Assembly (NCBI GenBank): GCA_964016885.1
Contig: OZ024743.1
Coordinates: 360,778,001-360,842,000, forward strand
From: Eledone cirrhosa
Lineage: Eukaryota
DNA length: 64,000 nucleotides
Direction: 5' to 3'
Of this stretch, positions 1 through 11,191 are shown in pieces. Both the position numbers and the translations under genes were made by a program. The number at the start of each line of letters is the position of its first letter. Position 1 is the first letter of the stretch. The notes beneath the pieces are model-generated. The model was not told where the DNA came from, ran no database searches, and saw only the letters and a list, made by a program, of their open reading frames with translations.

Positions 1-16
1 CAGACGCACACACACA

Positions 17-99
<83 letters not shown>

Positions 100-116
100 A
101 TATATATATATATATA
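1..116. repeat. (CA)n followed by (TA)n microsatellite
   Basis: Direct reading of the sequence. Confidence 0.95.
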
Positions 117-193
117 ACGAAGGAGGTGTGGTAAGGAACCCGATGGACCGTAACGCACCAGGGTACTCAATACTTAGGGTAGTAGAGTGGGTA

Positions 194-287
194 ATAGGAA
201 AATGTTTAACCCCGTCGGCAGAGCTGAAGCCGTTTTCGAGGTCGCAACGGCTTGAGCTCTGCCGTCGGGGTTAAACATTTTTTCTAT
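194..287. repeat. ~42-bp-arm inverted repeat built from a Penelope-like terminus (hammerhead 3' half)
   Basis: ATAGGAAAATGTTTAACCCCGTCGGCAGAGCTGAAGCCGTT pairs with AACGGCTTGAGCTCTGCCGTCGGGGTTAAACATTTTTTCTAT. The right arm matches 43909-43950 at the end of a Penelope relic. Confidence 0.8.
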
Positions 288-310
288 ATATTTATAGGTA
301 GATAGATATT

Positions 311-342
311 ATAATAATAATAATAATAAAAATAATAATAAT
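311..342. repeat. (AAT)n tract, left boundary of the retrotransposon array
   Basis: Direct reading; abuts the 3' end of Tx1-like copy 1. Confidence 0.95.
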
Positions 343-583
343 GCTTTCTTTATTAACCAAAAGGATTTACATAAAGTAGACATTAAGGACAGTACAGGAC
401 AATACAGTCGGTACAAATGGGCATTACTGCGTGTAAAAAACAAGAAACAGAGGATGTAATAATGAAAAAATTCCCCAATAGGGGGGAGACCTCCGAGGGA
501 CATTCGTGGAGAAAGCCCATTAAAAAGCCACAGTGACCCTGACCACCAGGGCAAGTGCCCTCTCCCAGTTTTCCACCTTTAAT

Positions 584-3500
584 TTACAGACACATACTCA
601 GAGTAGGCCCATTTACTGGGGCCATTCTTGCCTCTCTCACCCATCTTTCAACAAAATGCTGGGAAGAGAACACTTCCCTTTCTACCCTGATTTTCCTTTT
701 TAAATGAAATCTGAAAAAGTTAATCAGGGCATCACCGAAGAGGTAAGTGCTCGTCTTCAGCCCTTTCAAACGTGTCCACCATACTATCTCTTTCGCCATG
801 GCCACCAGACAGATAAAAACTGCCTGCCCTTCCCGGCTAAAGGAAGAGGGCGGCGCAATCCTCACAATGGACTCAGCTGATAGCTGGATCCGTCCTACAC
901 GTGACAGCAGGTGTTCGACATAAACCCACAAGTCAGCAATGCTCGGACACTGGACGAGTGCGTGCAGGACGGTTTCGTCGCCATGCGCGCATCTCGGACA
1001 TGCCCGGCTGACGGCACCTCCATGCCTGTAGAGTTTATCCAGAACTGGCAAAGCTCCTCGGTAAAACTGCCAGACCAAGGATTTCTGGAAGTTGTCCATA
1101 GGCCCCGGCCCGAAATTTCTTCCGAAGTGATTGGCTAGTTGATTTTCGTCGACGCCTAGATTTTCTCCAAGTACGTCGTCGCTCTTCACTTCCACTAATC
1201 CTCTATAGAACGCCAAGGTGGAGTTTCCACCGATCACATTGCCCGATTGATCGAGGGCTGTGACCGCCTGAAGACATTCCAGTCTCCAAGCGCTCCCTCT
1301 CGGTCTTCGCTTGACCCAGGACTGCAGCTCCGTCAATGAAACGAGCTGGGGAAATATGTGTCTAGCAAACGGCGACCACACCTGATCACCGTCGGGGAAG
1401 AGGTGGAGATGTCGTAGCCTGAGCGCGTGTCTGCGCATCATCAGCCACGGCATTCCCAGCCCTCCACGTAGCGGGTGTTTACAGCGGATGGATCGCCTGA
1501 CCATCGGAGCGCGTCCCTTCCACAAAAAGTGAAAGAGCAAACGCTCCAGCGCAGTCAGGCGGGGCTTAGGACAAGGTACGACGGTCAGGCGGTAGTAGAT
1601 GACGGACGCGATATACGCGTTAGCCACCTCCGCTCGATCTTTCAGGGATAGCTTCCCTAGGCCCATTTATGGGTGAGAGAAGCTACCCTGCTCGTCACCT
1701 CGTCCCAGTTTTTTTTTTCCGTCTGGAGGTCCGGACCGAACCAGACCCCGAGCAATTTAACCGGTCCGTCCAGCGCCCGACGACGCTGTTGGACGGCATG
1801 GGCCTTCTTCTCCAGGTGCCTAGCTGCAGGCCCACTGACGTTTCCTGGTTGAACATTGCTCCTGTCACCGCTTCGTATTCTCTTAGTGTAGTTCCGATCG
1901 CCTTGATGTGTTTGGCGTTCGACACCACTACGGTGACATCGTCCGCATATGCTGACACGGATCTTCCGCATCCTATTTCGCGCGGGACCCCCTCAACGTC
2001 TCCAGTTTGTGCAGTAATGGCTCGAGAGTCAATACGTACAAGAGGGACGAGAGGGAACATGCTTGGCGGACCGAGCGCATGATGTTCAACGGTTCCGAAA
2101 GGTGACCGTTCACTCTCACCACAGAGCAGATGTCGCTGTGCATGGCAGCGATCCAGCCTCTGAAGACGGTCCCAAAGCCAGCCGCCCTCAGGACTGCCGC
2201 TAGGTAACGATGGTCGACCCTATTGAAAGCTTTCGACTGATCTAAATTTATCAACGACCCACCCATGCCAGGTTCCCTAGCTACCCTCTCTACGATGTAT
2301 ATCATGAGGTGGAGGTTGTCGTGGATGAATCTGTCGGGTATGGCGCATGTCTGCGCCTCTGCCACCAGACCATCAACGACAATCGCCAACCTCTTTGCTA
2401 GCACCCTGGCCAAAATCTTGAACTCTGTGTTTAGCAGAGTTATGGGCCTAAAATTATCTATGTTATCCCCCTTGTTCGGATACTTTTGTGCAGCGCCACA
2501 GCTCCTCGGCTCACAGAGCTGGGAATTGCCCCGTTCTGTTGCCAGTTGCAGTAGACGTCTACCAAGAGGCCTCCGAATAAGTCTGGCATCTGTACGTAAA
2601 GTTCATAGGGCAGACCATCCAAACCAGGCGATTTACTCCTTGTGCAGCTAGTCATTGCCTCCCGTACTTCAGCGGCTGTTATCGGCATTTCGCAACACTC
2701 CGCCTCAGTGGCCGAGAGCCGCGGCAGTCCGTCGAGGTAGACACTAAAGTCCATCCCTCGATCCGGCCCGCCGCTTCCCCCGGTCAACTGAGCGAAGTGT
2801 CGCTGAAAAGCTTCACACATTTTCCCGGGATCGAGTAGCATGTGCACGTCGTGGTCCACCAAAAACCGGATCGTGGCTTTGTTGCCACGACGCGCCTCCG
2901 CCACTCGGTCCCATTGAACCGCTTTCGTCCCCACGTGTCTGAGAGCACGCACCCTAGCTCTGACAACGCAGCCTTCGTGCTTTGCATTGAAGAATTGGTC
3001 AAGGGCCAATTTCGCCGCAAGTACTTCGGTCGCGATGCCTTTGCTAAGCGCCTCGTCTAATTTTCTAACTAATTCTCCCTCTGCTCTAATTTTCTCTATT
3101 GCTAAAGCCTTACTAAACCTAATGAACTCTATTCTAATTGCTCTTTTCAGAGCAAACCACCACTTGTTGTTGATGATGGCCCCCGTCAACGCCCGCTTAA
3201 CTAGTTCGCTAATCCGGTCTCTGTAGGCCTTGCGCGCTGGTAAGGACTTGTTTAGCTTCCAGTAGCCGGGTCCTCGTCTATGAAGCCTATCTAAGTCAAG
3301 CACACAGATCACGAATTTGTTATCCGTGTAGCTGACTATCTTAAATTGTGGACAGTCTATGCTAGACCTATCTATTTCTCTACAAAATACTCTATCTAGA
3401 TATGATCTGGATGACACTATGCGATTTGTCCAAGTCCACATTGGCACATTCGGGAAATACAATCGGTACCGGTCAGACAATTCAAAACGCCTGAGCAGGT

Positions 3501-4000
3501 TGGTGAGGCTCTTGCACCCTCCTCCCCTATCCGCTAATCCCACACTGTCCCAGCGTGCATCTAGGATCCCGTTCCAGTCGCCCACTAACACTAAAGAGCG
3601 GGACGTTCCAAGAAAGGTCTCTAGACGCCGGAAGAAATCAGGCCACCCTGCTCCTGTCGGAGCATAGACGGCCACTAGCCTGAAAGCTTGCCCGTCTCCG
3701 CTGGTCACGTCTAGCACCACCAACTTACCTTCTGGGTCCAGGAAGATGGCCCGTATGGCGAGATCCAAACCTCTCCGAAAAAGCACAGCAACTCCCCCCC
3801 CCCGACCCCCGAAGGCTGGGAGATGCGTACACATCGTATCCACCGAAGATCGGTGCGAAGGCCCGTGCTTCGGAGATTCTGGTTTCGCTGATGGCCACTA
3901 CATCTATGTTTAGTGACCTGAGGTCGTTGTGCAGGTGGCCCTGCTTCCATGACGACCCCAAGCCACGCGCATTTATGCTGCCTATCCTGAGTGAGGTCAT
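584..4000 (-). pseudogene. Tx1-like ORF2 (APE endonuclease, RT, C-terminal Cys/His motif), frameshifted
   Basis: ORF pieces 3725-4000, 2458-3843, 1973-2413, 1695-2060, 1657-1971 and 584-1666 carry SINARGL, VGDWN, SYLDRVF, KSPGLDGL, LDQSKAF, YADD and CPRC..ETVLHALVQC, collinear with the intact 1139-aa ORF. Confidence 0.93.
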
Positions 4001-4034
4001 GTTGAAATGGAGTGGAAAAAATGGGAAAGACCAC

Positions 4035-5982
4035 TTACCTTACTTCTCGTAGAGGAAGGATGCTTTGTCCATCCTTTTCACTGCTTGTGGCCTCCTCCGG
4101 AAGAATGTCCTTATACATCCTCCTGGAGAGTGTTTGTCGGAAGTCTCCGATGTCTTTGGGGAATTTTTGTTTTAGTGTCGTGTACGTTTTCTGTGTGATG
4201 CGTGTGATTTGTATGTGTGGAGGTGGTGTGAACTTTTGGGTTGTTGTGTAGTCTTTTTCTGTAATGCTGGTGTTGTGTTGTATGTAGTGTAATAATTGGT
4301 TGCTGTTCAAATTTAATGCTGTGTCGTGTGTATTGTTTTGGTTGTTTTGTTTTGTTTGCGTTTGTTGTGGGTTTGTTTCTGTTACGCTTTTTGGTGACTT
4401 TTGTGGTGTTGGTGATGGTGGTGTGGGGTTAATGATGGTGATAGTGTTGGTGTTTGTGGTGATGGGCTTGGTGATGCTGGTGTGGATGGTGACATATCTG
4501 TCCTAACTTTTTTCTTTGATAATTTATTTATTTCCCTCTGTATTTTGTTTTTGGAGGGGGAAGGAAGAGAATTTTTTTCTTTTTTGGTTTCATTTTTTCT
4601 CTTTTCCTGATACCGTTTCCCACTCCTCCTCGTCACAATCTGTCTCCAGTTGTGATAGGCCGGGGAGTGGAAAATCCTCCACAGGCGTTGGTTTTCGTTG
4701 TGGCGTGGTGGATGATGTAGGCGCTGGTGCTAGGTCTGGCGCGTTGGTTGGTGGTAGTGTTGGTTTTGGTTTTGCTACTGTTTCTGGGGTTGTTGCTGTT
4801 ACAGTTGCTTCTGTTGTTGCAGCTACAGATGTTGCTGCCATTTCTGCTGCAGGTGGTGGTGATGGTTGAGTCACTGGGGTGGGTAATAGAGGTGGCCTCA
4901 ACCTTTTAGCCTGAGGGCAGAAAGCCCTTAGGTGGGTTCCTTCACCACAAACGACACACCTAGGCCTTCTGCCCTCGACAATTACGGTGAGGTGGTTGCC
5001 GTCAGTGAGGTCTATTACCTCTGGGATCCTCCTCAATGCTTTTATGGTCCGCTTGGATCAGGAGCTCCATCCCAGATCCGGACTAGTTCTCATGCTTTTC
5101 TTTCGCTATTTCAATTACCTTGGTGTTGGCCTCGATGCCGGCGAGGACGGCAGACATTAGCCAGGGAATTTCGATGTCCGTTGGAACGTGGGTCACCCTG
5201 ATCTTCACAAGTCTCTGGCCACAATAGCTTGGGACGAGTGTGAAGTCGTCACTTCTTAATGGGGCCATGGAGTGTTCTCTGGCCTCCTGTTGTGTTTCAA
5301 AGAACACGTCTACGGTTCCATACTTCTGCCCACGTCTGATGTGGGGTTTTCTTGCCCACACATGTCCCAAAGCATTTTGGATTTAGGACTCGGATGCCCG
5401 TTCCACTCGGCGCGATTTTATGTTAATTGTCCGATAAGACACGGTGCATAGGCGCCGATGCTCCATTTTATTATTAGAGGCTGACCCTGTAACCATCCCT
5501 CTTTTCCATTTTTTTGGCTTCTTCTAATTCCTCCTGAGTTACCAGAAATGCTTCGCACTGTTTTGCTACTCTGGCAAAACTAAGGGTGGTTTTCTTAATT
5601 TCATTGTTGCTGTTGTTGTTATCGTTATTTTTGTTATTATTAATTTTAGTTTCAGTTGTGGTGTTGGTGGCGTCAGTGGTGTTCGGTGTGGAAGAGTACA
5701 TTTTGGTTGAATTCATTTCGATATCCCGAGTTAATTTATTTTTTCTTTTGTTTCTGTTGTCGCGGTGGTGGTGGGGGTGGGGGTTGTGACGGTGGTGGTG
5801 GTGGTGGCGGCTTTAACACCTGCAGTCATTGGTAATGACGGGAAATGAATATCTGCCTGAGACATATTTAAAATATTGCTACTGCTTATATTTTTAGTGT
5901 TGGCAAACATAGTAATATTTACAATGGTGGTGTCGGTGTGAGGTGTTAGTTTGTGAGGAAGGAGTGACTTTGAGTCATCCAT
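4035..5982 (-). pseudogene. Tx1-like ORF1 (RRM-like region + CCHC zinc knuckle), disrupted
   Basis: Fragments include KYGTVDVFFETQQEA and CVVCGEGTHLRAFC (CX2CX4HX4C), homologous to ORF1 at 14647-16746. Confidence 0.85.
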
Positions 5983-6196
5983 GATTTTTCAAATAAAAAT
6001 TTTTTGTTTGATAATTATAAAAGTTTAAATTTTGGGCTCAAGGCCTCAATCTTTTTGGGTGTCCTTTTCAGATAACAATGTATGTGCACTTATATACAGT
6101 TAACAATAACAATTTTCCATGAATGGCAATTTTAAATAACTGAAATAACAAACGTTTGCGGAGCTCACAATGATACGATTTACTACGTAGATCGCC

Positions 6197-6202
6197 AATA
6201 AC

Positions 6203-6248
<46 letters not shown>
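6197..6248. repeat. (AAT)n spacer at a head-to-head junction
   Basis: Direct reading. Confidence 0.95.
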
Positions 6249-7286
6249 GGGAAGAAGACGCACGAGGTGACGGAGGTCATGAAATCGCTCCCGTAAGTTT
6301 AGAATTTTTAACATATTTAAATCATTTGTGAAATAACAACTCTTAGTACAAATGCTACGTAAATCTTGAGCCCCAAAAAATTCGGACCCAAAATATATTG
6401 TTATAAGGCTCAAATATTCAAATATTCAACTTTGTATTGTACACTGTATATCCAAAAAAGAAAATGGCTATAAATGGAAGAAGAAACCCCCCTCCTCCTC
6501 TGTCTACACTATATAGAACAGCCAAACTCACCAACACAAGAAACTAGATACACCACCCACCCCATCACCTGTGTACACTAAACCACCACCGCTCACTACG
6601 GCCATCATTACAACCATTATCCCATCACCGCCGCCACCACCCCTTCACTCCTTCACTGCTACCTCCGCTACAGCACCATCACTACAGTAATACGGTCACA
6701 TCACCGCCACCACTGCCTCGGTATCGACATCACCACCACAACTGTCTCAGTATCGCTACCGCCGCCAGTCTCCCACTTCTTTCAGCTGGCTGCTGCCACC
6801 ACATTATAGAATCCCTGCTGCTAAAAAAGAGGAAGGCATCAAAATATATAGATAGACTCAAAAGAAAAAAGAAAAAACAAACAACAAAACCAAAGCAGCA
6901 CAGCAACAACAGCAAAAAACGAGAAAAACAAACAGAGAAAAACAAAAACAAAAAAAAAAAAACCCCCAAAACGTAAAGAAAATAAGAATGAAGAGAGAAG
7001 CAGGCGGACGGACAGAGAAGAGGGGGGAAAAACTAAAACTTAAAAAACAAAAACTAAGTCAGACATTCGAACACTACATTACAATGAAACTTATGCTTAT
7101 TCATTTTTGGGGCCCTTTCTGCCTGTGTGTTTGTTTGTTTATGTGTGTTCGTATACAGCGTGGTAATAATGCCACACAAGAGCCAAGTGGAATGGCGGAT
7201 CCACAGATGGATATGTAACCATACATTCGCCAATCCTCGATAAGAGTGTTTAAATATCGAACATAAACAGTTCGAATAACGGTGAA

Positions 7287-9340
7287 ATGGAGACTAGAAC
7301 GTCATGTGACAGACTCTCACCCAACAGGTGCCCCCTGGCTCAGCAGCAGGAACCTGACTGTCAACCAAATACTGCTGATGTTGGAGGAAGGAGAAGAAGG
7401 AAAGGGGCCAGAACCAACTGGACGAAAGAATTGAATAGAACTGTTATGCAATGTTACCTGAAAAGTAACCCCAAGGAGAGGGGCTACAGGAGACGGATGC
7501 ATAACATCTGGAACGAGATTGGTTTATTTAAATTAGATGAACAAAAATTGGCCGGGCAGGCTCGGGTAATAAGAACTAATGGATGGATAAGCGAGCTGGA
7601 ACTGGAGGAACTGAGCAGAGAGAATGGCTTGGAGATGGCGGGTGTAGTATGCTAGACAAGCGAGCCAGTGGGAAATGAAGGTGAAGAGGTCCTGAGAACG
7701 GAGGAACCAGCCGAAGCAGACAATGATCTGAATACTGAGATAAATAATACCTGGAACAGAGATACGGCCACTGAGGAGATGAATGCTGACGGGCTAGGAC
7801 AAGATTCGGTTGACATCCTAAATTTAGTGGTAGATGAATTGAACAATGATAGTGGGAGACCTATGAATCTAAGATTTGTAGACAGGAAAAAGTTAAAAGA
7901 AACAACAGCTAAGGTAAACAAAGTCATCCCATACCTTGAGGCGAGGAGCCTTCACCAGTGCAACAATATCCTCAAAGCAACAGCAAATACGGTGAGGAAA
8001 CTACTTGGTATAAAAGCGAGAGGAAACAACAGACAAGAAAGAGCAGAGCCGTGGTGGAAGAAGCGACTGAGTGGGCAAATCGGGGAAATGAGAAATGACA
8101 TAGGAAAGCTTGAGTCACTACTGAATGGGACACTAAAAAACATAGGCACTAAAAATAGACGGGAAATAAGATACAAAACTAGGAGGAAAAAGCTAAATAT
8201 TATCATAGAGGAACTGAAGCAACGCATTGTAGCAAAGAGTGCAAAAATCAGGCGATACGAGAACAGAGTCAGTCAGTATAAACATAACCGCATGTTCGAC
8301 AACAACCAGAAGATGCTGTTTGGACAGCTTGAGGGGAAAGAAAGAGGCAACGACTTGATCCCTGGGGCGGAGCAAACTAAAACATTCTGGAGAGGAATAT
8401 GGGAGCAGAATGTTAGACACAATGCCCAGGCAGGGTGGATTGAGACAGTGCGGAGGGAGATCGGTGAGCAGGCACAACAACAAACTGATTTGAGTATCAC
8501 AGTTGAAACTCTTAAGGGGCAGGCCAAAAAACTAACCAACTGGAAATCACCAGGCCCAGATAGTGTGCAGGGGTATTGGATTAAACATTTAACATCCCTC
8601 CACCCGAAGCTGACGGCCATGTTCAATGACTGCTTGGTGTCGGGTGAGGTGCCAGAGTGGTTGACAAAATGTACCACAGTTCTGATAATGAAAGACCGAA
8701 TCAAGGGTAATGATGTTACCAACTATAGACCTATCACATGTCTGTCCGTAATGTGGAAACTGTTGACGAGCATTGTGTCTGAGGAAATCTACCATCACCT
8801 CCACACAAACAACTTGTTACCGGACGAACAGAAAGGATGCCGAAAGAAGTCACGTGGTACAAAGGACCAGTTACATATTGATAAGATGGTAATGGGGAAT
8901 TGCAGGAGGAGACACACTGATCTTGCCATGGGATGGATAGACTACAGAAAGGCATTTGACATGGTGCCTCATTCCTGGATCACGAAAAGCCTGGAGATCT
9001 TCAGGGTGGCAGATAACATCAGACAGTTGCTAGGCAGGAGTATGGGGTCCTGGGAGACAGAGTTGACATCAACTGGAGTATCCTTGGGAAGCGTGAAGAT
9101 CAAGAGAGGTGTCTTCCAGGGAGATAGCCTGTCCCCTCTGTTGTTTGTCCTTGCCCTGATGCCCTTGACCATTATGCTGCGAAAACTGAGAGCAGGATAC
9201 AAGTTGGGAAGGGGAGAGCTTACCATCAATCACCTCCTCTTCATGGACGATCTTAAGCTCTTCGGGAAAAGTGAGAAGGAGTTGGATATTTATTTCAACA
9301 AACTTTCCAGTTAACTAACATCAATGACTGAGACTCAAAG

Positions 9341-9394
<54 letters not shown>

Positions 9395-10802
9395 GTGAGA
9401 AGGAGTTGGATGTGCTTGTTGACACTGTCCGTATTTTCAGCAGTGATATATGTATGCAGTTGGTATTGGTAAATGTGGAGTCATTGTGATGAAGAGGGGT
9501 AGGTTGAGCAGAAGTAACGGGATCCAGATACCAACAGGTGAGATGATAAAGGAAATTGACTCTGAGGAAGGATACAAGTATTTGGGCGTTCTGGAGGCTG
9601 ATGGCATAAAGAACAAAAAAATGAAGGAATTGTTAAGAACTGAATACATTCGGAGAGTAAGGAGCGTATTGAAGTCACATCTGAACAGCAGAAATGCCAT
9701 AAGCGCAGTAAATTCCCGAGCTGTGTCTATTATTAGGTACAGTGCGGGAATTCTGAGATGGAATGTTGCTGAACAAAAAGAAATGGATAGGAAGACTAGG
9801 AAGCTATTGACTATCTACAACATGTTCCACAAGAGGAGTGATGTCGATAGACTCTACCTAAGGAGATCTGAGGGTGGAAGAGGTCTTATCAGCATAGAGG
9901 ACTGTGTTCAGATGGAGAAAAACAACCTATACAAATACGTGACCTATAGTAAGGAGCCAATGCTCAGAACTGTACTGAAGGAGGGGACAGTAGGCCAGGG
10001 GATGTCCAAGGAGGAAATAACATCAAGGAGGAAGAGCAGCCTTAAGGGAAAATCCCTTCATAGTACCTTCTTTGAGAAAACTGAATTTAGAGATCCACAG
10101 ACATGGAACTGGTTGAGAAGAGGAGACCTCAAAAAGGCTACAGAAGGAATGCTAATGGCTGCGCAGGAGCAGGCCCTCAAAACGAAGTGGTTGAAGCACC
10201 ATATCTACAAGGAGGAGGCTAGCCCACTGTGCAGGATCTGTGGATTGAGAGAGGAGACTGTGGCTCACATTGTGTCCGAGTGTAAACACCTAGCCCAGAC
10301 CCACTATAAGGGCTGGAGACACGATGTGATGGGCAGGGTGATCCACTGGCACCTGTGCAAAGTAAACAATTTACCACATTCTGAGAAATGGTATGAGCAT
10401 AGGCCAGAGGCGGTGATGGAGAACAATCAGGTGAAGGTGCTGTGGGATTTTAGGATACAGACGGACAAAAAACTGGAACACAATAGACCTGACCTGGTGG
10501 TTGTGGACAAAGAAAAAAGATCGTGTCTGATTGTGGATGTGGCCTGCCCGTTCGACACGAGAGTGCAAGAGAAGGAGAGGGAGAAAATTAACCGATACCA
10601 GGACCTAAAGTGGGAGGTGAAAAGGATTTGGAACTGCCATGAAGTCAAAGTGATCCCGATTGTCATAGGCGCACTGGGGACTATCTCCAAAAGTTTCCAG
10701 GGATGGTTAAAGAAAATCGGCCCCTTCACGCTTTTTGGAACGCTTCAAAAGGCATGCTTGCTTGGAACAGCAAGAACCCTCCGATACGTCCTGAATATCT
10801 GA
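7287..10802 (+). pseudogene. Family A ORF with premature TAG (7653-7655) and nested insertion
   Basis: CAG>TAG relative to copy 2. A 104-bp insert plus 20-bp duplication after FMDDLKL shifts the frame. Confidence 0.92.
9288..9391 (+). mobile_element. Extremely 5'-truncated family-A-like insertion (53 nt of 3' UTR + AAT tail) with 20-bp TSD
   Basis: ACTTTCCAGTTAACTAACATCAATGACTGAGACTCAAAG matches the family A 3' UTR. AAAGTGAGAAGGAGTTGGAT occurs at 9268-9287 and 9392-9411 but only once in copies 2 and 3. Confidence 0.92.
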
Positions 10803-10876
10803 GGCTGCAGGTAGTGGCTTGATATTCAATCCAACGGACTTTCCAGTTAACCAACATCAATGACTGAGATTCAAAG

Positions 10877-10885
10877 AATAACAAC

Positions 10886-10927
<42 letters not shown>
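10877..10927. repeat. (AAT)n spacer at a tail-to-tail junction
   Basis: Direct reading. Confidence 0.95.
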
Positions 10928-10929
<2 letters not shown>

Positions 10930-11191
10930 TTTCTTTATTAACCACAAGGGTTTACATAAAGTAGACATTAAGGACAGTGCAGGACAATGCAGGACGGTAC
11001 AAATGGGCATTTCTGCGTGTAAAAAAAAACAAAAATAGAGGATGTAACAAAAATAACAATGAAAATAACAATGAAAAATTCCCCAATAGGGGGGAGACTT
11101 CGGAGGAACATTTGTGGAGAAAGCCCAGTAAAAAGCCACAATGACCCTGACCACCAAGGCAAGTGCCCTCTCCCAGTTTTCCACCTTTAGT

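Larger units (their letters stand above)
343..6196 (-). mobile_element. L1/Tx1-type non-LTR retrotransposon, copy 1 (apparently full length, disrupted)
   Basis: ORF1 and APE-RT ORF2 fragments. AATAAA lies just before the 3' end, both ends abut (AAT)n, and ORF2/3' UTR are near-identical to 10928-14611. Confidence 0.93.
6249..10876 (+). mobile_element. R4/Dong-type RT-RLE retrotransposon, family A copy 1 (disrupted)
   Basis: Same 5' start (GGGAAGAAGACGCACG) as copy 3, ~1 kb leader, single ORF, short 3' UTR ending in (AAT)n. Confidence 0.93.

Noticed and set aside
6988-7218. 76-77 aa ORF (MKREAGGRTEK...) recurring in all family A leaders as a real ORF1
   Set aside because: The copies are too similar for recurrence to show selection. 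It has no recognisable domain and overlaps low-complexity and structured sequence. A uORF role is not excluded.
7652-9229. Antisense ORFs repeated across A, B and Tx1 copies
   Set aside because: They are shadows of the sense coding frame in near-identical copies, with no independent motifs.
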